Shown here: in pieces, positions 49,801 through 62,925 of the stretch | Layout of the letters: each line of letters starts with the position of its first letter | How positions within the stretch are numbered: position 1 is the stretch's first letter | DNA from: Azolla caroliniana | Lineage: Eukaryota; Plantae; Polypodiophyta | Length of the DNA stretch: 64,000 nt | Direction: 5' to 3' | Assembly: GCA_043228905.1 (NCBI GenBank) | Contig: JBHGNT010000002.1 | Coordinates: forward strand, 11,160,001-11,224,000 | The notes under the pieces: generated by a model | What the model saw: only the letters and a program-made list of their open reading frames with translations | What the model was told of the DNA's origin: nothing | Databases searched by the model: none | Position numbers and translations under genes: made by a program

Positions 49801-51798
49801 TTGGCTCGTACGTTATCGAATACATCGGCATAATGATGATACTTCTTTGGAAGCTGAACGGTGGCTCCTCTTTAATGGTGTCAGAGGGTTTTAGTGATAT
49901 TGCGAAGAGAAACATTTCTTCCTTCCGTCCTTCTTCCCGCAACTGATGTAGTGAAATGGTGGCAATCTTCTTAATAGATCCTCGGGTTTGTCGACACTGG
50001 ATTTCTCTTGTTCTCCAATCTATGTTTGGGTTATGTAACTCGAACCATGGTAATCCCAAAACGATTCGATGTTCTGGGATACGAATAATGTTAAATGATA
50101 CTACACGAGCTAAGTTATCTAGGACAATATTAACGGGTTCTGACTATTCTATGATATTTCCGGAAGCAATGGGACGACCATCAATGACGACTACAGAGGC
50201 TGGACACGGGAGTTTTCTAAGAGATATCTGATGAGCTTGGGCAAAATTCCTATCCATAAAGCAAGAATTAGCTCCAGATTCTAGAAGTGCTAAGAAGTGT
50301 ACTGGAGGGGTACTTTTAGTACTAACTGTTACTTGGGCTACGAACACATTGCTAACTTGCTTAGAGGGAATGGAACCACTAATGGGTTGCACATATCTAG
50401 GGCTGTCCAACCAAATGGCTCCTATTTTGGATGAACTTAGTCGTTTAACTCTTCTTCTAACTGACGAAGGACATCAAATTTGTTCGCTAGATCTAGGCTA
50501 TTAGTATTATTAGTACTATCAGATATCTCTACTGTAATAGGCTCGGGTATAGTACAATTAGAACTAACAACTATTTGGTTTACCTGTCTTCTTGGCCTAT
50601 GGGGACAATTTATTGCAATGTGTCATGGTCCCCGCAGTGGAGACATAGTCAATTTGTCTGGCGTCGCTGCTTTTCTTCTTTGGATAATGGCCCTCGACGA
50701 CATGTAGTGTCAATCTCCATCGGAGTCGGAGTATTCACTGGAGGCGCATTATAGTACTCCCTCGGTAAAGTTTTTGCTACCATTGAGGCATAGGTGGGCT
50801 TTGATATTGCCCTCGGCATCTGTAGTTGTCGTTCCGAACATCGCTCAGTGGAGACATAGTCGATTTGTCTGGCGTCACTACTTTTCTTCTTTGGATAATG
50901 GCCCTCGACGACATGTAGTGTCAATCTCCATCGGAGTCGGAGTATTCACTGGAGGCACATTATAGTACTCCCTCGGTAAAGGTTTTGCTACCATTGAGGC
51001 ATAGGTGGGCTCTGATATTGCCCTCGGCATCTGTAGTTGTCATTCCGAACATCGCTCAAAGAGGTGGTTGTCACATCTCACCGCGCGATTGATTGCTTCT
51101 GTTAATGACTTTGGCTCTTCAGGGAAGGTCAAGAGTAAATCCTTGACATCGTTGTGTAAACCATAACGAAATTGCTCCATCAATGCTTGATCATCCCAAG
51201 CGATGTTAGCAGCGAGTAGGCGGAAATCAGTAGTGTATGCTGAGGCTAGATGATCTCCTTGGCGTAATCGCCAGATTTTGTTGATTGCGGTCCTTATGAT
51301 GTCAGTATCTCCAAAGCATGCTTTAAACTCACCTATAAACTCTTCAAAGTTGTTGAGTAATGGAGACTCCTTTTCCAATAGTGGAGTGAACCATGCCAAC
51401 GCTAAGCCACTTAACAGCGTCCCTACTAAACCCACTCGTGATGCATCGGTAGGATATCAGGAAGGATGCATTTGAATAACTAATCGTACCTGATTAAGGA
51501 ACCCTCTAAACTGTGATCGTGTTCCATCGAACTTCGTGGGAAGGCCAATCTTGGGTTCCTTATGAATCCCTTGTGTTCCGGGGCCTTGTTGTTGCATCGC
51601 TACGATGGTTGCTTCGAGTTGTTGCACGCGTAATGCAAGTTCCCCATGTTGTTGTTGCGTTTGCTGCTTTTCTAAGGAGATTTGTTGAAGATCCCCCAAC
51701 AACCATTGATTTTCTTGTTCCAAAGCAAGGAACTTCTCTTTCAAGCATTGAAACTCTGAGAAAACAGATTGATATTCCTGAGCGCTAACAGTGGCCAT
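46851..51798 (-). pseudogene. Chromovirus gag-PR-RT-RH-IN-chromodomain, disrupted
   Basis: Gag [89 protein letters not shown]. Chromodomain YEVAAILDSK..KLYYLVDWLGY..ERT.EP. Confidence 0.95.
50635..51058. repeat. 211-bp tandem duplication inside chromovirus gag
   Basis: CAGTGGAGACATAGTC at 50635 and 50846; CA microhomology at the junction. Confidence 0.92.
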
Positions 51799-52067
51799 GG
51801 GATGAAAAGAAAAGAGGAATAAGAGTAGGGAGAGAGACAGAAGGGAAAATTGGTTCAAACTGTCAGGAATAGTACTAAACAGAGAGAGAATTAGTACTAG
51901 AGAAGGGAAGTACTAGTAGTACTAAGAGGAAGAGAGAAGAGAGAGAGAGATAGTGAGGACGAGAGAGAGAGAGAGATGATGATAACAAATTATATATTAT
52001 AAAAAGAGTAACTAAAAAAGGGCTATGAGGCTAAAGACTGGTGTTGAACCAATTTGGTTCAACATAA

Positions 52068-55000
52068 TGACAGGAACACACGCTCCCGATGAACAACGCT
52101 TGGCCACAACCGAGCTTAGAATCAAAAAACACAGAAAAAACGGGGAATGGATGCACGACACAAAAGGAGAGAAGAGTACACAGGATGTTTAACGTGGAAA
52201 ACCCTTAGAGGGAAAAACCACGGGAGTCTACAGACTCCAAACTATCACTATATCACAATGATTACAACAGTGAGCTCACGGAGGCAATGACCTCGTGCTC
52301 ACGATCTTCGCCACAGGCGGTGGTTACAATAGAGGCAACGACCTCTTCCTCTCTCTCTCTCTCTCTGTACACTGTTACACGCTCTCTAGTCTTGCACCAA
52401 CAAGAATGACAACAATGATAAAAGAGTTTGCCCTAAGTCATATTTATACTAATATGACTTTTCGGCTATTTACAAATACAGCCCCGATGGACTCTCAGGA
52501 AAATTATTTATGAATATGTCCCTTCATCCGATGAGCACTTCTCACCGGGCCTTCACCATCCGACTCTTGCTGGGTACTCCTCATCCGGTTCTCACCAGGT
52601 CTTCCGTAGCCGGGTACTCTTCATCCGGTTTCGGCCTCGGCCGAGTTTCTCATCAACACTGTTCTTCTCACTTCCCATCCGGGGCGACCTGTTTCCTAAC
52701 AAACTCCCCCTTCACTCTGGCATGGGATGTCTTACCAGTCTGATCCGCTTCCGACATGCATCCAGCTTGTCGGGTACCAGTACTTTGGTCAGCATATTTG
52801 ACCCATTCTCGGCCGTGTGGATCTTCGTCAGTGCGAACTCTCGATCTTCCACTCGCTCCCGGATCCAATAATACCTACGCTGGATGTGCTTCGTCCGGGA
52901 ATGGTAGGCCGCATTCTTAGCAAGGTGGATAGCACTTTGACTGTCGCAATAGAGCCAGTATTCATCTTGCCGGATACCGAGCTCTCAGATGAAGTCCTTC
53001 ATCCATAGTATCTCCTTCCCGGCTTCCACAGCCGCCATGTACTCCGCCTCCGTGAATGACAACGCAACCGTCTTCTGCAGCCTCGACTGCCACGAAATAG
53101 ATCCCCTTGCATATGTCATTACATACCTGGATGTAGACCGGCTGGTATCCACATCAGCCGACATGTCCGAATCGGTAAAACCGTCAAGTTGAGGTTTTCC
53201 GGAGCTGAATCGGAGACACATATTTCAAGTGCCCTTCAAGTACCGGAGTATCCATTTGACAACGTTCCAGTGCTCCTTGCCGGGATTGCTCATAAACCGG
53301 CTCACCACTCCGACTGCGTATCCTATATCCGGTTGGGTACACACCATTGCGTACATTAAGCTCCCGATGGCAGAGGCATATGGAACCTTCATCATATCCG
53401 CCTTCTCTGCTTTCATCTTTGTGCTTTGCTTACCGGATAACCTATTGTTTGTCGGAAGTGTTGATCTGACTGGTTTTGCATCTGACATGTTGAACCGCTG
53501 AAGCACCTTTGTCACGTATTTCTCCTGTGACAGCCGCAGTTGCTTCGTTGCCCGGTTCCGGATGATATGCATCCCCAACATCTGTCTTGCCGGACCCAAG
53601 TCTTTCATCGCGAAGGTTCGGTTGAGAGGCTTCTTCAGCATCTGTATTTCGGCTTGGTCCCGTCCGACGATCAACATGTTGTCCACGTACAGAATGAGTA
53701 TTAGGAAGTCGCCTCCTTTGAACGTCTTCACAAACACGCAGTGATCGGCCTGCGTCTTGTGGTACCCTTGATCGGTCATGAAGGAGTCGAACTTCCGGTA
53801 CCATTGTCGGGGAGCCTGCTTCAGTCCGTACAAACTCTTCTTCAACCGGCATACCAGGTGCTCCTTCCCCTTCTCCACGAATCCTTCCGGTTGCTGCATG
53901 TAGATCTCCTCTTCAAGGTCACCATGAAGGAATGTCGTCTTCACGTCCAGCTGCTCTAACTCGAGGTCCATGCTTGCCGCTATACTCAACACCGTCCGGA
54001 TGGAGGTCATCTTTACTACTAGGGCAAATATCTCGTCGAAGTCCACGCCCTTCTTCTGCTGAAACCCCTTCACCATGATCCTGGCTTTGTATCTCGGGGG
54101 GTTGCCGGCATCTCCCGGTTTCAACTTGTACACCCACTTATTTCGGAGTGCCCGCTTTCCTTTCAGCAACTCCAGCAATTCGTACGTATGGTTCTCATGC
54201 AGGGAATCCATCTCATCTTGCATGGCACTTAACCATTTGCGGCTGTGGGTGTCATCCTTCGCCTCTACGAAGCTTTCTGGCTCCCCCTCATCGGTTAACA
54301 GCACATGCTCTGCATCCGGAAATCTCCGGGGGGCCCTTCTCTCTCTGAGAGGATATCTCCGTCTTTGGGCTTTGGTAACCAGGCCCTCCATTTGCTATTC
54401 ATCCGAATCCGATTCGGGGTCTTGGCCGGTTCCGGTTTCAGCTTCCTCTACTTCTTCTTCTACCGGTTCGGTATCCGCACCATAACCGGCTGGTTCCTCG
54501 AGTGCTAAGCAGTCTCTTGCCAGTTGTGTCTACTCATCGTAGATTTGATCCTTACCGGTCGACTCGGAGTTCATTATCTTCTTCTCTAACTCCCAATCGG
54601 CGAGCAGCTTGTCCTCCATGAAGATAATATCTCGACTCCGGAATACGTTCTTGTCGACCAAGTCCCACACTCGGTAGCAGAGCTCATCGTCGCCATAACC
54701 GAGGAATATGCATGGCCGGGTCTTTGGATCCAACTTTCCTCTCCGGTCCTTAACTAGATGAACATACGCAAGACACTCGAATACCTTCAGATGCCGGTAG
54801 GATACTTCCTTACCGGTCTATACTCTCTGTGGCGTGTCTCCATCCAAGGGTACTGAGGGTGATCTGATTCTCACATATGTCGCCGTCGACAGTGCCTCTG
54901 CCCAAAACTTCTTGGGTAGTTTTGCATGTGCCAGTATACTCCGAACCCTCTCCATTATGGTCTGGTTCATCCTCTCAACCAGCCCGTTTAGTTCCGGCGT

Positions 55001-56845
55001 CTTCGGTACGGTAAATTCGAGGCGGATTCCCTTCGAGCAACAGTACCCCTCGAACTGCCCCCGGTATTCACCTCCATTATTTGCTCAAACTGCCTTCAGC
55101 TTCCGACCGGTTTCTCTTTCCACTCTCGCGTGGAGTTCTTTGAAGACGAATAACACTTGATCCTTCGTCATCAACGGTGTGGCCCACAGCTTCCGGCTGT
55201 GGTCATTTATGAACGTCATGATGTACTGTGATCTTGCATGTGACTTCATGTCCACTTGACACACATCAGTATGCACCAACTCCAGTGGTGCATTACGTCT
55301 CATCGGTGGCCTTGGTCGGAAGGAGGTCCGGTTTTGCTTACTAGCCAAACAACCAGTGCACTTCTCCAAGTGCACGTTCTTCATTGGAATGAGGTTGTCG
55401 TCTGCCAGCCTCTTCATCCCCTTCTCACTCATGTGACACAGCCTTTTGTGCCACAACTCATCGGTAGTGTCGGATGCCACGTTCACTTCCTCCAGACATA
55501 ACCGGGCATTCATAAGGTACAGCGTGTTGACCTTCCGGGCCCGAGCCACAATCAGGCTTCCTTTGCTGAACTTCATAATACCGTTTCGGATGCTACCCGT
55601 GTAGCCTTCATCATCTAGCCGACCAATTGATATCAGCTTCAAACGAACCTCCGGAACGTGTCGGACATCCTTCAGCAGTAGCTTGCATCCGGTTGGCGTT
55701 GTCAGCCACACGTCTCCTATGCCGACAATTTGGCATGTACCTTCATTCCCCATCCAGACACAACCGTGATCACCGGCTGAGTAGGATGAGAAGCATTTCC
55801 AGTCCAGGGTAAGGTGGAAGACGCTCCGGAGTCTACCACCCAGGTCATTTCGTCCCCGGCAAGGTTTACCTCACTCTCCTCGATGACGAGCATCAACTCT
55901 TCTTCACTTGCCGCGATTGTCGTCGTTCCCTTTCGGTTCGGCCCCCTCCGGTCTTTACCGTTCCCGTCCGGTGTCTGCTTCGAATAGGTACCGTCGGTTT
56001 TCTTGTCTTTTCGGAAGTGCGGACAGTTCTTCTAGAAGTGTCCCGGCTTGCCGCAATAGAAGCAAGTAGGCCTCCCCCTTCACTTTGACCGTGTCCCCAA
56101 CTTTTCCCGGTTCTAGGGAGTACGGTTTCTTTGTCTTCCGCGTTCCAATTCGGTAAGGAGCGCTTTGGAGTCAGAGCTCGTATCCTTATCTTTCCGACGC
56201 GCCTCCTCATCTAGCTAGCTCGGCTTCACTCTTGATAGGGATAACCATTTCCCTTCCGGCCCGGCGTTGCCCAAGGTGACAACCAACGTCTCCCAGCTAT
56301 CCGGGAGGGAACCGAGCAGGAGTAGTGCTAGTACCTTATCGGCAAGAGGTACTTCCAATGATGTTGCCTGGTGGATCAGCCCCTGGAAGGCATTCATGTG
56401 CTCCGCCATGCTGGAGCCATCTTCGTACCGTAGTCTTACTAGCTTCCGGAATACCGAAACCTAATTAACAACATTTTTGTTTTGAAACATAATGCCGATC
56501 TTCTCCCAGAGCTCATGAGCCTTGCTCTCTTCATTGAAGTTGTTGTATAGGCTCATGTTGATGAAGCACCGTATGTACGCTATTGTCTTCATGTGCATCA
56601 CCTCACATATCATGGCGTCGATTTTGTTCGGTCTCTTGTCCCGGAACTAAACCGGCAACCAAAGATCTTTAACCACGAGCATGCCCCTCATCTTCGACTT
56701 CCACACCGAATAGTTGAAGCCGGTGAGCTTGAACATGCCTCCCAACGAATCGTCCATTTTCTGTGTCATTTCGCTCTGATACCACTTTGACAGGAACACA
56801 CGCTCCCGATGAACAACGCTCGCCGGAGGGACCTGTTTCCTAACA
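52068..56845 (-). mobile_element. Copia (Tnt1/Tork-like) nested in the chromovirus 5' LTR, TSD CATAA
   Basis: 3' LTR 52068-52701 with PPT GGGGGAGTT; 5' LTR 56788-56845 (collapsed); iMet PBS 56773-56784. CATAA at 52063-67 and 56846-50. Gag-PR-IN-RT-RH motifs 56757-52710 (LWHKRLCHMSEKG, KQAPRQWY, DSDMSADVD). Confidence 0.96.
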
Positions 56846-59526
56846 CATAATGCCTAGTGCCCTCTTTTATAGTGTTCTCAGGAGTAATGCTGAAGCTTCT
56901 AGAATGTTCCAGAGAAATCTGGAATATAAATTAATTTCCTATAATAAAATGTAAATGAAAATAATATCTTACGTATTACAATAAATGATATAATGGTCAA
57001 GAGCTCGACCCATATAACCTAAGGTCATGGGTTCGAGTCTTGTCATATCATGACACTATCCCCCTTTTAAAACGATGAGTGTGACGAGTCGGTTTGGATG
57101 GAGAACCCGGTTTGTGTGGCTATTGACGATGGAAGTCTTCAAGAAGCGCACGAGCATTGGTCCTAAAGCCCAGTTGAACACGCGAACAACACAGGAAGAG
57201 CAGGATGAGTGCACCGAGGAAGCGGCACAGGAGTTGGAAGCCGAACCACAACAGGAAAGCTCGAGGCCGAAACGACGGAGACTGGACAAGAAAGATGGGC
57301 GCGGGTTAGTTAAAGACACACTCGCGGGCACGGAGACGACGACCGTGGGCGACAGCTCCGTAGCTATGGCGAAGAAAATGCCCAGTTACGGGAGGAAGTG
57401 AATAAAACGAAAGCGGCAATCGCAGAACTCGGAGCCTTATTGGAGAAGAAGAAAGCATGGTTCGACGAGAAGCTAGTTGGAGAACAAGAGAGGCATTAAC
57501 TAGAAATCCGCCTGAACAATGAAATGGGAAAATTGGAAGAACTACATTCGAAGGAATCTGAGCTCTGGGCAAGAATGAGGAGCACTTATGAGGAAGTGGC
57601 GGCGGTTAGTAAACAAGAAATTGGAAACCTCAAGAAATCTGTAGAAGAAGCACGCAACCGTTGCCAAGCCATAACAGACAATGTGCGCATCCTTCTGCAA
57701 ACGAATCGGGAGAGGTTTACGACGCAATTAAAATCAGTGCTAGACAAAGGATGGATGACGTGGGCTGCACAAGCGGCGGAATTGCATACGTACCGGGTGG
57801 ACTCGGAGAACCGAAGGAAAGACGGCCAAGGGTTCTACAAACTCAATATGGAAAGCATTACGGCAATACACGAGGACCTAGCGCAAGACTATCGCACGCT
57901 AGGAGACCAACATTCCGAGGAACTCGCGCAGCTATTGGATGATTTTGGCGAAATTCAGGAGGACCTGTTTCACCAGATCACGCAAGCCGGCAGCACACAA
58001 ACAAACGTGGAATCCATCGCGATACCAATGCCGGATACTGCCGAACAAGAGGAACCTCAGCCCATGTCACAGGGAATTACCACTACGGTGCACAGCATGG
58101 AACGGCGAGCGGAGCCCCCCGCAATACCAGACAACGAAACCACCGACCAAGAGGAACCCCAACCCCACTGTCCAGAGCGTACGACTACGGCCGGCATCAC
58201 GGAGGAAGTTACGAATGAAATAGAGTCATGACCTACAGCAAGCCCGCGGACGGCTGAACCAACCCCAATAGCCGAAGAAGAGCCAGCAGAACCCGAACCA
58301 CCCACATAGGAAGCCAACGACACCATGGGAAGCCCTCCCGACCAAGCAGGGGAACCACACGACGACATGCCTATGGGCCCTACGCTGTCCCCGGACCCGG
58401 ACACCGTAGCAGAACCAAACATCAGGGCCATTTTGGAGGACGATTAAAGGGGTGGGTCTAACGTGCCATTACACTGTCCCACAAGCGTGCTAGGTGTTGT
58501 CCGCTGGAATAGTAACTGATGGACAAGAGCGTAGGAATATAGAATAGAGTAATATTGTAACGCATGTAAATGGTTCACGTGGGAAGCGTGAACGACTAAA
58601 AGACATTGCGTATATAAAGGGCAGAAAACCTCTGATAGAGGGAGCGTGTAATTTTAAATGTAAAAGGCGTATTTTAATAGAGTTCTATCTTCTCTAATTC
58701 CTATGCGTATCTGTGGTTAATCTACTGTGTGTTTGTGATTCTTGGGTGTCGTAGTGTAGTCGTAAGAGTGTAGGCGTGAGTAACAATGTGGTTGCTAGTC
58801 CACTGTCTAAGGAGTTCGGTTGTAGCCATCTCCCTTATACGCTACTACGATACAGGAGGTATCCCACTAAGTATTATGCTACGACAATACCATTCATTGC
58901 AACACAGTCACTTTGAGGTTTAGGTCGAAGGACTGACCGTAGACCGTGTTCCTAATCGGTAACAAGCCTCGGGGAGCCACCATGATTATTCAAGATAGAG
59001 ATCTGAGAAAGACATCTATGCTACGTTTTCCCCCATGGTTTTTAAAACACCATAGTGTTACCATAGTGACGAGAACTCAGCGCTCCTTATGCATAACGCT
59101 CGGCCACAACCGAGATTCTTTTCATACACAGAAAATAGGAAACGGAAAACACGCGACACAATGGAGAGAAAAGGTACACAAGGTGTTTACGTGGAAAACC
59201 CGAAATGAGGGAAAAAAGCCACGGCATCCCACAGGCTGCAAACTATCACTATGTTGGAATGTACAAAACAGTGAGTTCATGGAGGCAACGACCTCGTGCT
59301 CAGGATCTTCGCCACAAGCGGCGGTTACAACAGAGGCAGCGACCTCTTTCTCTCTCTCTCTCTCTGTACACTGTTACGTGCTATCTCTTCTTCTTGCACC
59401 AACAAGAAATTAACAACAACAGTAAGTTTGCCCTAAGTCATATTTATACTAATATGACTTTTCGGCTATTTAGAAATATAGCCTCGATGGGCTCTCAGAG
59501 ACATATTTACGAATATGTCTCTTTGT

Positions 59527-59784
59527 CCGGTTCTCACCGGGTCTGTACCATCCGGTTCTCCGTAGCCGGGTACTCCTCATCCGGTCTTCACCGGGTCTGT
59601 ATCATTCGGCTCTCCGTAGCCGGGTACTCCTCATCCGGTTCATACCGGGTCTGCACCATCCGGCTCTCCGTACCCGGGTACTCCTCATCCGGTCTTCACC
59701 GGGTCTGTATCATCCGGCTCTCCGTAGCCGGGTACTCCTCATCCGGTTCATACCGGGTCTACACCATCCGGCTCTCCGTAGCCG
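59527..59784. repeat. 54-bp minisatellite in LTR U3 (~5 units)
   Basis: CCGGTTCTCACCGGGTCTGTACCATCCGGTTCTCCGTAGCCGGGTACTCCTCAT-type units with period 54. Confidence 0.95.
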
Positions 59785-62317
59785 TAACCGAGGAATATGC
59801 ATGGCCGGGTCTTTGGATCTAACTTTCCTCTCCGGTCCTTAGCTACATGCACGTACGCGAGACACCCGAACACCTTCAGATGCCAGTAGGATACTTCCTT
59901 ACCGGTCCACACTCTCTGTGGCGTGTCTCCGTCCAAGGGTACTCAGGGTGATCTATTTATCACATATGTCACCGTCGACAGTGCCTCTGCCCAAAACTTC
60001 TTGGGTAGTTTTGCATGCGCTAGCAAACTCCGACCCTCTCCATTATGGTCCGGTTCATCCTCTCGGCCAGTCCGTTTAGTTCCGGCGTCTTCGGCACGGT
60101 AAATTCGAGCCGGATTCCCTTCGAGCGGCAGTACTCCTCGAACTGCCCCCGGTATTCTCCTCCGTTATCTACTCGAACCGCCTTCAGCTTCCGGCCGGTT
60201 TCTCTTTCCACTCTCACGTGGAGCTCTTTGAAGACGGATAACACCTGATCCTTCGTCTTCAACAGTGTGGCCCACAGCTTCTGACTGTGGTCATCTATGA
60301 ACGTCACGAAGTACTACGCTCCGGCATGTGACTTCGTGTCTGCCTGACACACATCCGTATGCACCAACTCCAGTGGTGCATTACGGCTCATTGGTGGCCT
60401 TGGTCGGAAGGAGGTCCGGTTTTGCTTACCGACCAGACAATCAGTGCACTTCTCTAAGTGCACGTTCTTCAGCAAGCCTCTTCATCCCCTTCTTGCTCAT
60501 GTGACACAGCCTTTTGTGCCACAGCTCACCGGCAGTGTCGCATGCCACGTTCACTTCCTCCGGACATAACCCGGTATTCATAAGGTATAACGTGTTGACC
60601 TTCCGGGCCCGAGCCACAATCAGGCTTCCTTTGCTGAACTTCATAACACCGTTTCGGATGCTACCCGTGTAGCCCTCATCATCTAGTCGACCGGCTGATA
60701 TCAGGTTCAGTCGAACCTCCGGAACGTGTCAGACATCCCTCAGCAGCAACTTGCATCCGGTTGGTGTCGACAGCCACACGTCTCCTATGCCGACAATTCG
60801 GCATGTACCTTCATTCCCCATCCGGACACAGCCGTGATCCCCGGCTGAGTAGGATGAGAAGCATTTCTTGTCCGGGGTAAGGTGGAATGATGCTCCGGAG
60901 TCTACCACCTAGGTCATCTCGTCGCCGGCAAGGTTTATCTCCCTCTCCTCGGTGATGACCATCAACTCCTTTTCACTTGCCGCGATTGCCGTCGTTGCCT
61001 TCCAGTCCGGCCCCCTCCGTTCTTTACCGTTCCGGTTCGGGGTCCGCTTCAAATCGGTACCGTCGGTCTCCCTATCTTTTCGGAAATGCCGATAGTTCTT
61101 TCGGAAGTGTCCCGGCTTGCCGCAATAGAAGCAAGTGGGCCTCCCCCTTGACTTTGACCGTGTCCCGGACTTCTCCCGGTTCTGGGGACTACGGTTTCTA
61201 TGTCTTCCGCGTTCCGATTCGGTAAGGAGTGCTTTGGAGTCGGAGGTCATATCTTTATCTTTCCGACGTGCCTCCTCATCTAGCAGGCTCGACTTCACTC
61301 TTGCTAGGGATAACCGTTTTCCTTCCGGCCCGGCGTTGCCCAAAGTGACAACCAACGTCTCCCAGCTATCCGGGAGGGAACCGAGCAGGAGTAGTGCTAG
61401 TACCTCATCGGGGAGAGGTACTTCCAATGAAGTTGCCAAGTGGATCAGCCCCTGGAAGGCATTCATGTGCTCCGCCATGCTGGAGCCATCTTCGTACCGG
61501 AGACTTACTAGCTTCCGGAATACCGAAACCTGATTAACAACATTTTTGTTCTGAAACATTATGTCGATCTTCTCCCAGAGCTCATGAGCCTTGCTCTCTT
61601 CATTGAAGTTGTTGTATAGACTCATGTCAATGAAGCACCGTATGTACACCGTTGTCTTCATGTGCATCACCTCCCATATCGCGACGTCGATTTTGTACGG
61701 TTTCTTGTCCCTGAACTGATCCGGCAACCAGAGGTCTTTAACCACGAGCATGTCCCTCATCTTCAACTTCCATACCGAATAGTTGGAGCCAGTGAGCTTG
61801 AACATGCCGCCAAACAATTCGTCCATATTTCTGTGTTAACCTCGCTCTGATACCACTTGACGAGAACTCAATGTTCCTTATGCACAACGCTCAGCCACAA
61901 CCGAGATTCTTTTCATACACAGAAAACAGGAAACGGAAAACACGCGACACAAAGGAGAGAAAAGGTACACAGGGTGTTTACGTGGAAAATCTGAACTGAG
62001 GGAAGAAAACCACGGCAGCCCACACGCTGCAAACTATCACTATGTTGGAATGTACAAAACAGTGAGTTCACGGAGGCAACGACCTCGTGCTCACGATCTT
62101 CGCCACAGGTGGCGGTTACAACAGAGGCATCGACCTCTTTCTTTCTCTCTCTCTCTGTACACTGTTACGTGCTATCTCTTCTTCTTGCACCAACAAGAAA
62201 TTAACAACAACAATAAGTTTTCCCTAAGTCATATTTATACTAATATGACTTTTCGGCTATTTACAAATATAGCCTCGATTGGCTCTCAGAGACATATTTA
62301 CGAATATGTCTCTTTGT

Positions 62318-62590
62318 CCGGTTCTCACCGGGTCTGTACCATCCGGTTCTCCGTAGCCGGGTACTCCTCATCCGGTCTTCACCGGGTCTGTATCATCCGG
62401 CTCTCCGTAGTCGGGTACTCCTCATCCGGTTCATACCGGGTCTGCACCATACGGCTCTCCGTACCCGGGTACTCCTCATCCGGTCTTCACCGGGTCTGTA
62501 TCATCCGGCTCTCCGTAGCCGGGTACTCCTCATCCGGTTCATACCGGGTCTGCACCATCCGGCTCTCCGTAGCCGGGTACTCCTCATCCA
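62318..62590. repeat. 54-bp minisatellite in 5' LTR U3 (5 units)
   Basis: Same units in the same order as 59527-59784. Confidence 0.95.
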
Positions 62591-62925
62591 GTTTAGTTCT
62601 TCTCTCTTTCCATCCGGAGGGACCTATCTCCCAACACATAGTTATCGGATCTCGAATCACATCTCATATGTCTAGAGGGGTAAAGACATGAGATGCTTTC
62701 TTGGTAAAGTTCTTACAATCAAAATTTTAAGCATTCATTTTGCTTGTGTATTTTCTGAACCTCCTTATTTATATTGCATACCCACAACTTGCATCATGGA
62801 ACAAGTTTTGAACGTTGTTGGAGCAATCTCTCCAACCGAAACCTGTCAACTCCAATCCGCATCTAGCACACAAGCTAAGATCACTATTGTGTAATTGCTC
62901 ACTACTACCTTGAATCAATTGGCCG

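Larger units (their letters stand above)
46444..57162 (-). mobile_element. Chromovirus (Ty3/Gypsy, Tcn1/Tf1-like) nested in the extra ORF of A
   Basis: 3' LTR 46444-46858. 5' LTR 51861-52067 plus 56851-57055, split by a Copia. PPT AAAAGGAGGATAG next to 46858. An extra 107-bp stub lies at 57056-57162. Confidence 0.93.
32787..58964 (+). mobile_element. Athila/Tat-like Gypsy element A (gag-PR deleted) hosting nested insertions, TSD AGCCT
   Basis: 470-bp LTRs 32787-33256 and 58495-58964. AGCCT at 32782-86 and 58965-69. PBS TGGCACGCTTGG at 33261. RT-RH-IN 33280-36224 plus 45672-45714. Extra-ORF pieces 45866-46443 and 57168-58447. Confidence 0.95.
59067..62636 (-). mobile_element. Copia (related to the 52068 element), RT/RH deleted, TSD CATAG
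   Basis: 5' LTR 61858-62636; iMet PBS 61844-61855; gag ORF 60909-61826 with CFYCGKPGH; PR-IN to 59785; truncated 3' LTR 59067-59784. CATAG at 59062-66 and 62637-41. Confidence 0.95.

Noticed and set aside
59527-59784. Regular 54-bp repeats as a CRISPR array, or the 205/213-aa ORFs over them as genes
   Set aside because: No unique spacers, inside eukaryotic LTRs, and the ORFs are by-products of a stop-free repeat with length divisible by 3.
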